Of a stretch of 64,000 nt of DNA, positions 40,871 to 55,740 are shown piece by piece (position 1 is the stretch's first letter; each line of letters opens with the position of its first letter). The stretch is taken from NCBI RefSeq assembly GCF_001194135.2, contig NC_068983.1:79386354-79450353 (forward strand), in the 5' to 3' direction. The stretch comes from Octopus bimaculoides (Eukaryota). A model generated the notes under the pieces. The model did no database searches, was not told where the DNA came from, and saw nothing but the letters and a program-made list of their open reading frames with translations. The position numbers and the translations under genes are program-made.

Positions 40871-42094
40871 TTCAACATTAAAGAAGGAAGTTTTATGATA
40901 AATTTCTATTGAAACATGATGGAGTGTTTAGAAACTAAATAAGTCCAGTCTCATAAAATACATTTTTGAAAAACTTAAATGAAAAGAAACTACTAATCAT
41001 TTAAATTGTATGTACATATTTTTAAATATCCTGACTCCAGTAGCACATCTCCCATAATTATAGATCTGTAGAGAAATGCAGGTAGTTTTATGTATCAAAA
41101 GTTTGAGAAGGGAACTATCAACATTGATTTACAATGTTTATTGGTTTCTATAAAAATGCCATTAAAATAATAGCATATTCCAAAGTGTATACTTAAATTG
41201 TGGCAGTGTACAGAGAGGTCTAGTAAAGTTAATTGCATGAATTTAAATAAGTTATTGGTTCATCTTAAGACTAAATGTAATAGCAAACTGTTCATTATGA
41301 AAGCAAACTTAGGCTAAATTACCCCCACACTCCTGATGACTATTCAAGCTGTGTCATCTGTTTACTTCATCTTTCTATCTATATGCATAATGTATTTACT
41401 TAGTTCTTAACTTACTTATTATTATGTATGTTTAGAACTTCTTCCATGCTATGAAAATCAAGAGAAGAAAAGCAAATTTTGTCAGATCATAATTTTACAT
41501 TCATTACAAGCAGTATATGTTTAAAACTAGAACAAGATCATGAAAGTTAAGATAACAGTTGAATATTATTGTTTTACTGATAAACATTAAAGAAATACAG
41601 CAAAATCCATTTGTTTCTTTTTTTCTTTTTTTATAGCAAATTGAAGTGAGGCAAAATTTTGTATTTCAGACTTGTAACTATTATGTGAAACAGTGTGTTG
41701 TTAGAAATAGTTTTAACTCGAGTTTAAGCAACTGCTACAACCCCACATTAAACATGAAAAAATTGGCCTTCGTAAAATTAAGACAATCTCAAGGAGAAGA
41801 GCAGTGATGAAAATAACAATATTGCTTTTTAATACTGACATGAGGCCACATATTTTTTGTAGGGGGAAAATACTCATTGATTAGAAAACAGTAACTGAAG
41901 AGTACACTGTTTTATTGATCCTGGAAGTAAAAAAGTAAAATTGACAGGAGGATTTGAACTCAAACAAAGGATATAACTAAATATGAAAAGGTATTCTTTG
42001 TTATTCCCTGACAATTTTATCCCTTTTATTCTTCTCCATAGAAAGGAATGATAATGATTAAAGAATGACTTTACATACTAACTATTTGTTTACA

Positions 42095-42730
42095 CATACA
42101 GAAAGGGATGAGCTTCTAGTTTACTGGATCTATAACCATTTTATAATACTTGATGAGAAATGAGATCAGGGTAAATCATAGATGGAGTGTTGTTGATCCT
42201 AGTTTTGCTTGATCAAACTTGGCTGGAGTTAAACAACTGAAACATCATCATCATCATTTAACGTCTGTTTTCCATGCTGGCATGGGTTAGATGGTTTGAC
42301 TGGAGATAGTAAACTGGAAAGCTACATCAGGCTCCAGTCTGTTTTGGATGATTTTTATGGTTGGAGCATGGGTGCCTCTTGCATGTCACTGGCACAGGTA
42401 CCTTTTATGTATCACTAGCACAAATGTCTTTTATGTGTGGCTGGCACTGGCCACAAAACCATTTTCTATAATTACACTAATTAACTTTTACCCAGGATTT
42501 TGTTATTTCATTATCTTAAACATCCAATTGTTGCAATTCTGCTCCGAATTATTGCTTGCTGTAATACTGTCATCGTCTAATAATGGAAAGTTGTTTCTAT
42601 AGTTTAACCCTAGACAAACTTGATCAAGCAAAACTAGGATCAACAACATTTCATCTCTTATTTCCCTTCTGACATTAAAAAATAGTTATAGATTCGGTTA
42701 GTCAGAAGCTTAACTCCTTCTGTATAGCAC
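42095..42730. repeat. Inverted pair of ~140-150-bp repeats flanking a SINE tail
   Basis: 42095-42243 versus the reverse complement of 42594-42730; 29-bp perfect core at 42188-42216 / 42620-42648. Confidence 0.8.
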
Positions 42731-43039
42731 TTGTTTGTGTTTTTAGATATAGTATAAGAGAGGAGTAGACCAAAAAAGTCTATATGTAAATCACTCTTTA
42801 TAATTATCATTATTGTTATAGAGAACAGTGAAAGGGATAAAATTGGCAGAGAAGTGGAAAGAACACTTTTGATATTTAGTTATATCCTATATTTCGGTTC
42901 AAATTTTGCCATGATTAACTTATCTTTTAGCTTTTCCGGATAAGTAATATAGCATACTCTTCAATTAATGGGAGTTGTCTAATCAATAGCATTTCTCTCA
43001 GCCCAAATATGTAGCCTTGTGTCAGTATTAAAAAATCAT

Positions 43040-43275
43040 TTTATTAACTTTAGGTTTCGTTGGAACTCCTGGACTCTTGCATATGTAGTGAACCTGCTAC
43101 CTGCAGCCTATGGTACCATGCTGTTTATTTTTTCAACTATCTAATACTTTACTGGTGATTCTGGACATGCCAAGGAGGGAAGCCTTTTGTAACACAATTC
43201 TACTGGGCACTCTGTTCCCATTTCCTTTATATTCTTCTTGATGGCTTCTGATACTGTCCCCTGAGGAGCCAACAA
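43040..43275 (-). mobile_element. R4/Dong-like (RLE endonuclease) LINE 3' end
   Basis: Frameshifted remnant resembling VGALGTV...ELLQKASLLGTSRIIRKVLD, typical of RLE element C-termini. Confidence 0.6.
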
Positions 43276-43305
43276 TGATTGACACTATTATTATCATTAT
43301 TATTT

Positions 43306-43513
43306 AAGGTAGTGAGCTGGTAGAATCATTAGCACACCTAGCAAAATACTTTGTGGCATTTCATCCATCACTATGTTCTGAGTTCAAATCCCACCAAGGC
43401 TGACTTTGTCTTTCATCCATCTGGGGTCGATAAAATAAGTACCAGTTGAGAACTGAGAGCAATGTAATCATCTTATCCCCTCCCCAGCTGGCCTTATGAC
43501 AAAATGTGAAACT
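43306..43513 (+). mobile_element. tRNA-derived SINE, family B
   Basis: Homologous to 28154-28365; followed by (ATT)n. Confidence 0.85.
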
Positions 43514-45639
43514 ATTATTATTATTATTATTATTATTATCATTATTATTATTATTATAGTTGCTTTTCTCTTACAGATAATCTGAATTTTTTTAATGTTA
43601 ATTTTTCTGTGTTTAAAGTTGAGTTGTTCCAGTTGCTTTTTAAACTCGAAATAATACTATTTCTACCAACTCAATGTTTCATTATTTCTGTCTCCTATTT
43701 GATAATATCGTGGATAATCATTATCGTTAATGATTTAATGATTGAAGTCTTAGCAGATATCTAAAATTCTTTTGTAGTTGTTACTGTTGTTTTGCCAACA
43801 GGTCATTCTTGATTCTATGTTGAAAGGCAATCCAACCGTGACTAATCCAATTCTTTTTTTTTTATATATATATCAGGAACTATATTGTCTAATGTATCCT
43901 TCTTTATTGAAAATGGCAGAGTGCAATTTGAGGAGGTTTGGCTGCTATTTTTAACAAGTTAAGTGACCATATGGAGACTCCCTTGCTGGTTCAACAAATA
44001 CTTCTGCATTTGTCTAAGCTACTAAATGCATCTTAAAATATTGAATATAATTGTAACATTAAAAGATGATTTAAATTTTAAATTAGATTACAAATAAAAA
44101 AAAACAAAAGAAATACATATTCTAATCATATCTTTTCAAACTCAAACAATGATGTAATTACAATTAGTCATATACAATTATGTTGTTTGAAAAACAATTT
44201 TAAAGCATTCAGCTGCTTCTAAATTAGACATTACATAATGTAATGATATTTATTAAACATTACTCAATGTAATAATATTGAACTTTCTCAATTCATCTGT
44301 TGTCAGTATTATTAAAAATAAATAGCTGTAGGTGATGGAGTAGCAGAATAGTTAAAACGGTGGGAGAAATTGCCCAATAATATTTGGCATTGTTCCTCTA
44401 TATTTTGGTTTTTAATCCTGTCAGGGTCTACTTAGCCTTGCAGGTATGAGCACAGGAGACTTTAAAAGAAAGAAAATGAATAGGATTGTTTGTCTGGTAA
44501 GGTCAATTCAATCAACTGTGAACTTCCCCCTACAAAACCAAAGCATTATATTAATGTAAGAAACCATTATTAAATCATAAATAGCTGAATGTTATACTCT
44601 TCTGACACACATATTATTAGGGGGAAAAAATCACTTTTCAGTTTGCTGATTTAATAAAACTGTTTGATGATGATGATGGTCTATATTTTGTGAGAAAAAA
44701 TGATCCAAAAGAAATGAAAAAAAAAAAATGCAGTTTATTTTTGTAATTTAGTTTGTTATCTCTTTCATCTCATTACCTAGATTCTTCATCTGTTTTGTTT
44801 ATTTAACTACATTTTCAACAATTCTAGGGAGAATTGGATGTTTCTGATAGACTGCAAGGTAAAATGAGTTAACAAAATGTAATTTTCATTCCTTGGTGCG
44901 TAACTAGAAATCAAGTATATGTCTTCATTTATAATAGATAATACTTTTATCATTCTCATATAACTATAATTCTTAAAGTTTCTCATTTAAATTTTAATTG
45001 GCATTGCTGGAGATGATTAGTGCTTTTCCTTGTAATTTTCTTTATTCTTTCTTTGTACGGTTGTGGGAAAATATACTAATTGTCTAGACTCTGAGATGAA
45101 AGTAGTTTTCAAAGGAACCAAGTATTTAGCTCTTTAAAGAAAAATTTAATGTTAATTTCGCTGTCTTTTTAACTTACTGCATAAATCTTACAATTCTGTT
45201 TTCTCTAAGGAATTTCAGTGTCATTTGAACAAAATTAATTGAACAAAATTATGCATTTGTACTTATCTAAAGATGTATGGTCAATAATGATATATTTGTG
45301 AAACCCTAAAAGATTAAACTATCAGTTTCAGTTTATTTTAGTTGTTCAAATAAAACTGTTTGGAATGTAATGAAATTAGAGCAATACTGCAATCATTGAA
45401 TTTAGTTCAATACTTGTTAAATAGTGAAATGTTATAAATTGCGAGGTATTTCACACTCAACTGTATTATAACATCTTAAATTAACATTCTCCAACACCTG
45501 CTGCAGCCCGTTGACATCTGAAATATGTATAAGTGGGCTGAACAATGCAGTTACTTATATTGAAAATGGTTAATGAGGGAGCCTCTACAACCTTCTAGAA
45601 ATAGCAACCAAAGTTAGCTGCAAGTCTGAAGTCCTAAAA

Positions 45640-46215
45640 TGCCTTGAACAAGCGGGTGCAGTTGTGGATTCATTGAACAAGGGTATTTAGCACTGCCAAT
45701 ATATGTGCAGGAGGACAATGGTTCAGGTCTTTGGGTCTCTGATCCTCCCTGTCCTGCTCCATAGTCATGTGACTTGGACACTGTTTGGGGCCCTTAGGAG
45801 CTGCCTGAATTCTTTTGATACCATGACATTTCACAGGATTACAGGTTACCATTTGGTTGGATTTATCCAACTAATGACTCTACTCAGAAACTGGGATGCA
45901 TTTCATTATTTGTATTATTCAGGAGCATCAGCTGACACTGTTTAGCCATGCTGCTCAATTTTCTGAGTTAGATCCTACTCACTGTATTTTCTTCACTGAG
46001 GATCCAGCTGGGTTAACAGCTCATATTGGTTGACCAGATGCCACATAGCTATGCCAGATGAAGAGATATCTTGCAGAGAGTGGGACTGACTGGCACTCTA
46101 TTTGATGGGTTACTCAAGAGGACCCAGGAATATATTGACAAATGATGAAATGGAAAATGACATGATAAATGCAGCAATGTGCTGCAATGGCACATTATTC
46201 CACACCTGATCTGAT
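45640..46215 (+). mobile_element. RTE-type LINE 3' portion (second RTE family)
   Basis: CRRTMVQVFGSLILPVLLHSHVTWTL (YGCETWTL motif), downstream HQLTLFSHAAQF / EDPAG remnants, ending ...CCACACCTGATCTGA. Confidence 0.8.
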
Positions 46216-49200
46216 GCCTTGTTATCTGAAATATCGATGGGAAAGCTGAACAATGTTCTCACTTATATCCAAAAAAGTTTGATGTTTATGGCTTGGACAC
46301 ATTTGGTCTTAGGACTGATCGATCAGGGTTGACTTGAGGATAAAGAACAACAGTAACTGTTAAGTACCCTGTATGTCGGTGAATAATCTGTTAACATTGT
46401 TGTGAAATAACACGGGTCTATCCACACTTAGGATTCCAGTTTTAGCTATTTTTGCAATTTATTTTACAAGTCAAGAATCAAAATGCTATAGAAAAGAAGA
46501 AGTTTTGGCTGCTTTATTATCCAATCTTTAGTGTTTGTTTATATTCATTTTGGCACTGTCAATTATTTGCACTTTTTTTTATGATTATCTGAACACTATT
46601 AACATAATTCATATCAAATATATTCCAGTAAAGATTGAAGGCTATTTTTTTTATTAAATATATTTTTTGCATCAGGGTTCTAAAGTGGTAATATAAACAG
46701 AATTAAAATGCTTAGGATAGTACATTCTCATGATACAAACCAATATCAAACAAATTGGAAGCCAGCACCAGCTTATCTTTCTGTTTATGCATTTCTGTTT
46801 TATTAGTTTTGAACAATTTTCTTTCCTATCAAATTTATGATCCATTTGATGTTTATGACTTTATGATTAATTTCATTTGGAGGGAAAGTATTTTGAAATA
46901 TTTATTACTGTCTGGTCTTTATGAGTGTTTCATCATTCATTCGGAAAAGTCTTCTCAGATTAGAGTAGGTTTGAGTTAGATATGCAGGTTAGATATGCTG
47001 TGGAATGGTTGTGGTCAAAGATGTCAATAAGTAGGTCATTATTATAAAGTATGTAAGAGCTGTGACTGAGACGCAAGACATTGATATTGAATTAAGCTGG
47101 CAATGGCCCTATCAAGCTATGTTTCAGTGAATCCTGATATGAGAAAGCTTTTGATTTTTAGAATTAGTGATGGATAGAGGACATAAACAGGCAGCTTCAC
47201 CGAGGGATTTCTTTGGCAAAAGTTTGCTTTATGTAGCACTCCTGGGGTTTGGGACTGCATATAAAAAGGTGTAGAGGCCTTATGTGGCTGTTTTAAAGTT
47301 AAAAAGCATAAACAGAGGAAAAACAATGTTTTTGATGTCTTTTAGAAGAAACTTTCAAGTGATGGATGTAGAAATAGTAGATGAGTAGAAACTTTCTTGT
47401 GAATGTGACATACAGTTAGTTTGTAAAGTCATTACATTTCTTCACTGAATAAAATATGGTTAACATTAGTTTACATAAAATTCTCTCATTGATTTCTTGT
47501 TTTTACTGATATATTATTCTTTTTTTTTCTCTTAGTCATTGTTATAGGCCTGTTCTTAAGAGCTTATCTGATAAATAATCCTCTAAAACAGAAATGGGTT
47601 TGTATCTCCATCTAAAATGTACAATGTGAAAACTTAAGACATATCACACTTATTTAAAAGCTAATGAATTGAAAGCAGATTTGGTTGTTAATTTCATTTA
47701 AAAATATGGTGTGCTTTTAATAATTGCAAACTATAATCATTTTAACTGTGCATTTACATATTATTTGAATGATTTTTGTTTTACCATGATCAAAACCATG
47801 TCCTAGTATATCAAAACATGTGGTAAAATGTTCTCTTGTTTAATGGTTTAGTTCTTTCTTTAATAGTGTGAGAATGCAAGAACTACATGCAGACAGAAGC
47901 ACTTTTAAATTTTACAAGAACAAACTACTAATTGCCACAATAACCACTACCTACATAAATATAAATAAATTAACAACACATCTAGAGAAGCAGTGGTCAC
48001 ATAAACGAAGGAGACTTTATGTAGCCACTCGATCTGCTAGAAATAGCAGCTAAATTTCCATGAAACCACACCCTACTGTTTATAAAAGAAAAGATACATT
48101 GGCTAAAATGTAGTTTAAATAAATGACATGATGGACACAGTTGGAACACTTTTGGTCCTGGATTTGCTTCTCCAGTGCCAGCTTGGGACTCAGCATCAAC
48201 AACATGAGAAGCAGTCATTCACAAACGTCTCCATATCCTAAGATATTGAGATGAGTTGGCTGGGGCTACCTGCCTATGGATCAGGAGTTCAAACCTATTG
48301 TATGCAATTTTGTATTTAAATTTTAGGATAGAACATTTTACAGTACATTCTGTTCACCTCCCTGCTGAAAATAGGTACTACCTCATCTACGAATAGATTC
48401 ATATCTTTCCTAGAAAGATTTATCTGTCATCTGCTTTTTCATTCTAAAATGGAAAACTAAGTACTGATCCTGAAAAAAAAAATGTTGATGTGTCAATAAT
48501 TACACCATACACACAACAGTAATTAATTATCCTCATCGTCATCATCATTGTTTTAATGTCTACTTTCCAATTGCATCTGTTAGAGTTCTTAGCAGCAGAT
48601 TTTTCTATGGTTAGATGGCCTTCCTATCACCAATCGATACCTATTTCCTAGCAAAATATTTCCGTGGCCAAATCTGGCTTTTCAGAATACTGGAAATAAA
48701 TGACATTCATATACAACAACTATGTGGTGTCAGGGCAAGGAGACACGTATATATACACACATTATATATCATGTATATATGCACACATTATATACCAGCA
48801 TGGAAAACAGATGCTAAATTATGATATATATTATGTATGACAAGCTTCTTTCAGTTTACATATACTAAATCCACTTGCAAAGCTTTGGTTGATTTGGTTG
48901 ACTCAGGGTCTTTAGAAGACATTAGCTCATGATGCCATGCAGTGAGACTGAACCCAAAACCATTTGGTTGGAAGCAAATTCCTTAACCACACATCTACAA
49001 TAATATCTTGAAAACAGAATTGGAACTTTTTGAAGTTTCTTGTATTTTAATCTCATAAACAAATATATTTACTATATTTGCTCATGTATAATTTGAGAAA
49101 TTTAATAGAAAACTTTAGGGTCAAAATTGCAAGGCAACATTAAACTCGAGTGTAAAAAATAATAAGAAATTGGGTTAAAATATATTAGTGGTTTTTATGT

Positions 49201-49731
49201 ACAAAGTGTAAAAGGTTATTTTATATTGAAGATTGCTTTGCATTAGAATAAATATAGTATGTTATTATTTCTACTGTGCCCTGTTATTGCATAGTAAGTC
49301 AAGCATAGAAGCAGAACATGGAGAGAGCAGAATGAAGGAATACTAAGGCGATTACTGAGAGAAAATTATTAAATAAATACTATAATGATTTTTATCTTTT
49401 ACTTGTTTTACTCATTGAACAGCAGCCATACTGAGGTACTGCCTTGAAAGGTTTGTTTAAATAAAATGACCATAGTACTTATATCTTTTTGAAGTCAGGT
49501 ACTTACTCTGTCAGTCTCTTTTGTGAACTGCTAAGTTACAAGGACATAAACAACCCAACACCAGTGTCAAGAGAGGGTGGGTGACAAACAGGAACATACA
49601 CATGTATGCATGTGTGTGTATATATNNNNNNNNNNNNNNNNNNNNNNNNNNNNNNNNNNNNNNNNNNNNNNNNNNNNNNNNNNNNNNNNNNNNNNNNNNN
49701 NNNNNNNNNNNNNNNNNNNNNNNNNTATATA

Positions 49732-49842
49732 TTAGGTTGAGGAAAAATTTATGTGTCGTGTTAAAATAATGCTTATTTTTATATAATTTTTTGGTGTGTA
49801 TGTTCATTTTAACACAGCGCACAAACTCTTTCCTCAACCTAG
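49732..49842. mobile_element. 111-bp mariner-type MITE
   Basis: TA|TTAGGTTGAGGAAAAATTTATGTG ... CGCACAAACTCTTTCCTCAACCTAG|TA: ~25-bp imperfect TIRs with TA flanks. Confidence 0.8.
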
Positions 49843-51107
49843 TATATATATAAAATGGGCTTCCACACAGTCTCTATCTACCACATTCACTGGTTGGCTC
49901 AGGACTATAGTAGAAAACACTTGCCTCAAGAGCTGCATAGTGGGGTTAGACTGGAATCACATGGCTGCAAAGTCATGTTGTCTTTATAATTCCATCCAGT
50001 AACATGAAATGGCCTATATGGTAATCAGATTGTAATGTTTCTTTACTTTTAATTATCACCTTTTTGTGGGAATCGTTTTGGTTAGATATCTGATTGTCAC
50101 TAGGGGTTTTATTCTGTATGTGAATGTTGTCTCAATCTGGGACTAGGTATGCATTCAAGAATATTCCAAAGATTATGCGCATGTCATCTTCATCATCATA
50201 ATTGATGTCATCATTTTATGTGTACTTACTTCCTATACTGGCACAGGTTGTATAAGTCCTTACAGTCTGAGTCATGTTGCATCCATGGTCTGATGTTCTG
50301 AAGTTGGATGTCTCTTCTATCACCAGCCACTTTATAAAGTGTACCGGGTGCATTTTTTTCTTGGCACTAACACAACAAAGTTTGAGTAGGTCTCTGTGAC
50401 ATGGGACTTAAGTGATTTCACAATCTTATGCATTCACTTTACAGTGGTCAACAAATGAACCATCAAGAAATAAGACACCTGATAATATTTAGAGATTAGA
50501 TCCCTTAAGTATTGCATTGAGGTAAATACTGTAAATATGTACTGTGGTAAGGAAGTTTATAAACTGAAAATTTGCAGTCTTGATAACAACACATCAAATA
50601 TATGCAATGGCTTTGTTTAGCTTCATGCTGATGCTGATTGAGTAGAACTTTGAGCAAAAGTATTCCAGACATGACTATCCCACCTATTTTATAAACATAA
50701 TGTATCCTGGAGTATGTTGTATGTTCCTTTGTAAGACAGAAGTAGTTTGAGTAACATTTGGTTGCTACCTCTAGCAGACCAAACAACAACATAGAAGCTC
50801 ACCTCATTAACTCATTAGGCATTTAATCAGTGTCTAAGAAGATAAGTACAGTGATTTCTTTCAAATACTAACAGGATAGTCTCTTCTATTTAATTTCAAA
50901 ATTGAAACCATTCTCTAGTCTATATTCCATATTCTGAAAAGTATCAGAGACTTACTACAGAATCTTCTTTGTAATACCAAAAATAATTCTAGTTATGAAA
51001 TAAGTTTCAATGCATATGAAAATAATGAGAAATACATTAAAAAAATATTCTTATTCTATCTATTTCTATCCTTAAAACTTCAAAATTGTTATTTATTTAT
51101 TTATTTT

Positions 51108-51146
<39 letters not shown>

Positions 51147-51675
51147 CTTTTTTTTATGAAATAATAAGCAGAGATCTGAAAAGAAAACTATTTTTTGAGA
51201 TTTATATAATATTTATTTCGGAAATGCTGAATGACACCTGAAATAAAATGTATTTCCAGTGGGTTTATGTTTTTTATGCATTATATTATTATTAGCATCT
51301 TAGTTAGCAACACCTTTTTTGGTGAAATTCATTTTTGTTTGTAAAGATGCACTATGATGAAAAAAATAAAACTTTAAAGTAATATATATCACTTCACTGA
51401 TTTACGGCAGTGTCATAATTTAGATGAATGATCGTATCTGTGCAAACTAGTAAGGTATGTGGACATTTTTTGTGTGCGCTTTCTTTCAGTGATCTCCAAA
51501 AAAAAATCTTTTGTAACTAGGTTTCGAAAGTAAAGCTTTCTTCTTTTACACATTATGAATGTATTTCTCATTTGCTATCAATACAATGACAGTATAAGAT
51601 GTTTTAACGAAAACTAATATGTTATTTGCATACTACTTTGTGCGTGCGTGTGTGTGTGTGTGAGTGTGTGCATGC

Positions 51676-51711
<36 letters not shown>

Positions 51712-52847
51712 ATTTGTATATGTCGAAATTTCTAATTTCCATGCAGAGAGAAATGTGCATGGACATGTATTCAGATGCATGCGTGTGCACACGCACACAC
51801 ACACACACAAAGATTTTTAGTCATCCTTGAAAGAAACTTGAAATATTATAAATAACATATGAAAAGATAATGGAATTTTTAAAGGATTTTCCCTTGTCTT
51901 CCAAGAACTGTTAATGCATTCAATTTTTACTTTCTGTATCGCTGGCTTTTATATATATATATATATAACTTTGGTTTAAATTTTCTCATCCTACTAATCC
52001 ATGAAACATAATATTAAGGTATTTAATTCAAGATTGCATGCCAAGAACAATTTACACTTGTAGGTATTTGCAAGATTTATCATACAATCATATTTTTCTG
52101 CAAACAAATGTTTTTGTTTAAGTAGTAAACAACACAAATAGATCTACGTATGGTTTTGTCGTTTAAATTAATTTTACACTTACAACTTCTCTACCAATGC
52201 ATCCATTTCAAGTTAAATTGATTCATTACATAAAAGCTCTTAAATTTGCTAGAACCTTGTTTGAAACACTTATTTCACCTATGAGAAAATACTTTTGACA
52301 TACATTGTTGCTTTTGAAGTAAATAATAAATGAATAATAAACTTGTAAATGGTATATACTTTGTGATGGAAAAGAGACTGGACACCATAAAAAAATAACT
52401 GTTTATGGACACCATAATAAGATAATTGTTTATTGTTTCATCTATGCTTGCATAAGTTTGATAGGTCTCTAAGAGCACATTTCATCAGTTCTTTCAATAT
52501 TGAATTGTTTAACAACTGTTGATGTGTAGTGATTGTGGCTTTGTGCCGTTGAAGGAAACTGGACAGTTATGTCCCTTTTCAAAATGTGTATTCATAGAAA
52601 CTGTGCATGTCTCCTGTAAAATGTGTAAGGTTAGCATTTGTGTTGTGTGTGTGTGTGTGTAATGTTAAAAAGAATGGAACAAATATTATGGAACAGTGAA
52701 GAGTTGTATGAAACACGTTTGGGAATGTGCAGTCTTTTAACTGCACACATATATAATACCAGAAACTTAGCCACCAGTATCCTAGAAAAAGAGTTTCAGA
52801 GAGACTTTGGAATAAATGTATATTGTCCTTTTATTAGATCATTTTAA

Positions 52848-53131
52848 CCCATAAACTGCTGGGATTTTGCTGTATGTAACACGAACTGCTGAGCCGATTT
52901 TGGGTAAAGTACTGCTTGACCAATCGACATCGATCTATCACTTGAAAAAATACTCAGTGTTTCTTAACACCTTCTGTGATTGGCTACACTGTTTCTGGGG
53001 TGAAAGGGTATCGTGTGCATACATTATACATCATCAAAATTAGGTCAGATCATGCCCTACTTCCGTGGCCATGCACGTGGCCTGTCGCACTTTTGCGTTG
53101 GCCACTGAGGTGGCCTATTGCAGTTTATGGG
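52848..53131. mobile_element. 284-bp piggyBac-type MITE
   Basis: TTAA(52844-52847)|CCCATAAACTGC ... GCAGTTTATGGG|TTAA(53132-53135): perfect 12-bp TIRs starting CCC, TTAA target duplication. Confidence 0.85.
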
Positions 53132-53373
53132 TTAAGTAAAGCAAAGTTGACCAGTGGAATTTTAATTCAGAATGTAGAGACAAAAGAAACACTGCTAAGC
53201 ATTTTGTCTTGCATGCCAAGATAAAGGTCTTCTGATCAAGCAAATAGAACCCACAAACAGACAACTAAATAAGAACATTCTTATGTCAGACATAGTCAAA
53301 AGCTCTGCTGGTGTCAGAAACAGAAGTGATTGACATACAAAATCAAGATGTTAGTATACATATCGTTTTACAG

Positions 53374-53412
53374 GAGCCATACCCATGATCACCGAGAAGA
53401 GAGTCATGGGAG
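53374..53412 (+). other. Candidate 39-nt internal exon
   Basis: tcgttttacag|GAGCCATACC...CATGGGAG|gtagat; one open frame reads AIPMITEKRVMG. No homology recognised. Confidence 0.3.
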
Positions 53413-55309
53413 GTAGATAGAAATTTAACGTAATAAAAGTTGGTCATTTACAGTTTTCTCTGTCAAATTTGAGATGTTAGAAATGACAGTGCTCTAACAG
53501 CAGATGGCAGGGTGTGGAAAACCTGGCTGTAATTATGAATATGAGAGAGTATCCAGTATGTAGGAGGTATAGTTTGATTTACTGGTGGCCATTTTGTTCA
53601 TATTGTCATAGCAGATAAATGTTGCTGGTCAAGCATGGTGTGTTAATCCCTCTAGATTTTGTCATTATTTAACCCTATGTCATCCCTGATTCAGCAGACC
53701 TATCATCAAAGGCATTAAAGCATTGGCCATCTCATCTTTTATATATATCTTGGATTACATTGTTTAATGTGTTCTCTCCTTAAATTTCAGATGGTAGTGT
53801 GCAGTTTGAGGAATATTTGGCTGCTAATTCTACAGATTGAGCGAATGCATGTTTTTGGCAGTTGGTTTGTCAGAGGCATACACAATAATGACCATCTAAA
53901 AGTAGGATTGGAGGTGGACAAGAGTGAAAGTGAGTTTACGGAGTTGATATGTCAAAGATATGAGTATATTAAATAAACTGTAACACATTATAATCATTTT
54001 TTTTAACTACACAGTCACACACACATATGTGTGTGTGACTGCATGCACGTGTGAGTGTGTGTGTATCCATGTGTGTCCCTTCAAAACGATAAATGATATT
54101 GTGTCCAATGAAAATAAAAATCTTTAATGCATTCCCTAACAGTACAATCCCTACTTGTAGTTCTGATAGCAACTAAATCCTCTCCTAATACATCTTTCAT
54201 GCCTTCTTTTATTCATGCTTAATGCAAACCTCTATTTTATCAATTATCTAGCACTGCTTAATTTTCCAAATTCAAAACAAACAAAGCAGTTAATTTGAAG
54301 AAAAGTTTTTATCCCTCTCAGTATATTTTTCTTACATCTATATTATACATTCTTTCTTTATATTTTTTTTTTATCTTAGGTTTAATACATGTACTGCTAA
54401 ATATGGCCAATCTCTCCTGGCAATTTGGCATTTTTTTTTGGATATCACCAATGATTTTTATCTTTAATTTATTTTTGTTTTCTATCTTAATATTTACACT
54501 CTCGAGTAAAAATTTTATATTGTTAATTTCTTTATTTGTTCATTTCTTTTTTTTATTAGTTTCTTGTATTTATTTATTTTGGCAAATTTGGAAACTGATT
54601 TAACTAGGTTCTGTATAACAGTAGGTCTGAGAAGGAAAAAGAAAATGCCTTATGTCAATTGTTTAGGAGATGTAATGTATAAAAACAAAGCATGCAATTG
54701 GCTTTGTTCCAATTAAGTATTGTCTTCTTTTCGGTTAATTTATGTCAGACAAAACAAGAAAATCAACACAAGATTTTTTTATCTTATTTAATTATATGCA
54801 AGTTGAAAGTTTTAATCTTATGATGTTTTGGTGAACAAGAAAGAAACCAGGTTTAACAGCAATTTCTACTAAACAGTTTCTTGTGTGTCTGTTTTGCCAT
54901 TGAGAAGATGTAAAACCAAAACTAAAAAAATTAAATGAAAGACAAATATGTTTTATTTTTTTGCCTTGCTGTAATTTTTATATTTCAAAATGACATAAAT
55001 TCAAATGGTAGCTTTTGTAACAATAGGTTATTAAATTTAGTTTTTCATTGGTTAATTTACATTTCTTTGAAATTTATTTTGTTATATTCAATGTCTCGAG
55101 GTAAGATTGAATTTAATCTGTAAAGATTATAAGAATTGTTTGCAAGAACCAAAGAAATTGTATGAATTTTGTTTCTAAACAAAATCTCTTTAAAATATTG
55201 AGGTGAAACACCTTTTCACTGGTACCAACGAGTGATTGTAACCATCATTAAAAACAGAATTATATTGTATAATATTTACTAATGATGTGTTTCAAAGCGA
55301 ATTCAGTGA

Positions 55310-55740
55310 TAGCTAATATTCTTTTCTAGTTATGGAAATAGTTTGAAATTTTAGTGGAGGAGAATAGTCAATTACATCAACCCTAATGCTTAAATGGTGC
55401 TCATTTCATCAACTCCAACAGGGTGAAAGTTAACCTTGGTTGAATTTGAACTCAGAACATAAAGAAGGACAAAATACCACTAAGAATATTGTCCAGCATG
55501 TGAATGATTCTGCCAGGTCACGGCTTTCGGTTATAACTAATAGAGCTGAAAATTTTGAGGAAGGAGCTTGTTGATTACATCAACCCCAATGTTCAACTGG
55601 TACTTATTTCATTGTTCCTGGAAGGTGGAGAGGCAAAATAGACCTTGGCAACATTTGAACTCAGAATGTAGAGGCAGAGGAATTGGTTCTAAACATTTTA
55701 ACCATGGGGCTAACAAATCTGCTAACTTGTCGCCTTACTG
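55310..55740 (-). mobile_element. Two head-to-tail family B SINE copies
   Basis: Units ~55310-55530 and ~55545-55738, each with ATTACATCAACCC...TTTGAACTCAGAA. Confidence 0.8.

Noticed and set aside
3525-43513. SINE heads as tRNA genes
   Set aside because: They have A/B-box-like motifs but no complete cloverleaf, and they continue into repeat bodies.
54935-55123. ORF with signal-peptide-like start and an internal GAG|gtaaga donor
   Set aside because: Hydrophobicity is explained by T-rich composition; no promoter or homology evidence.
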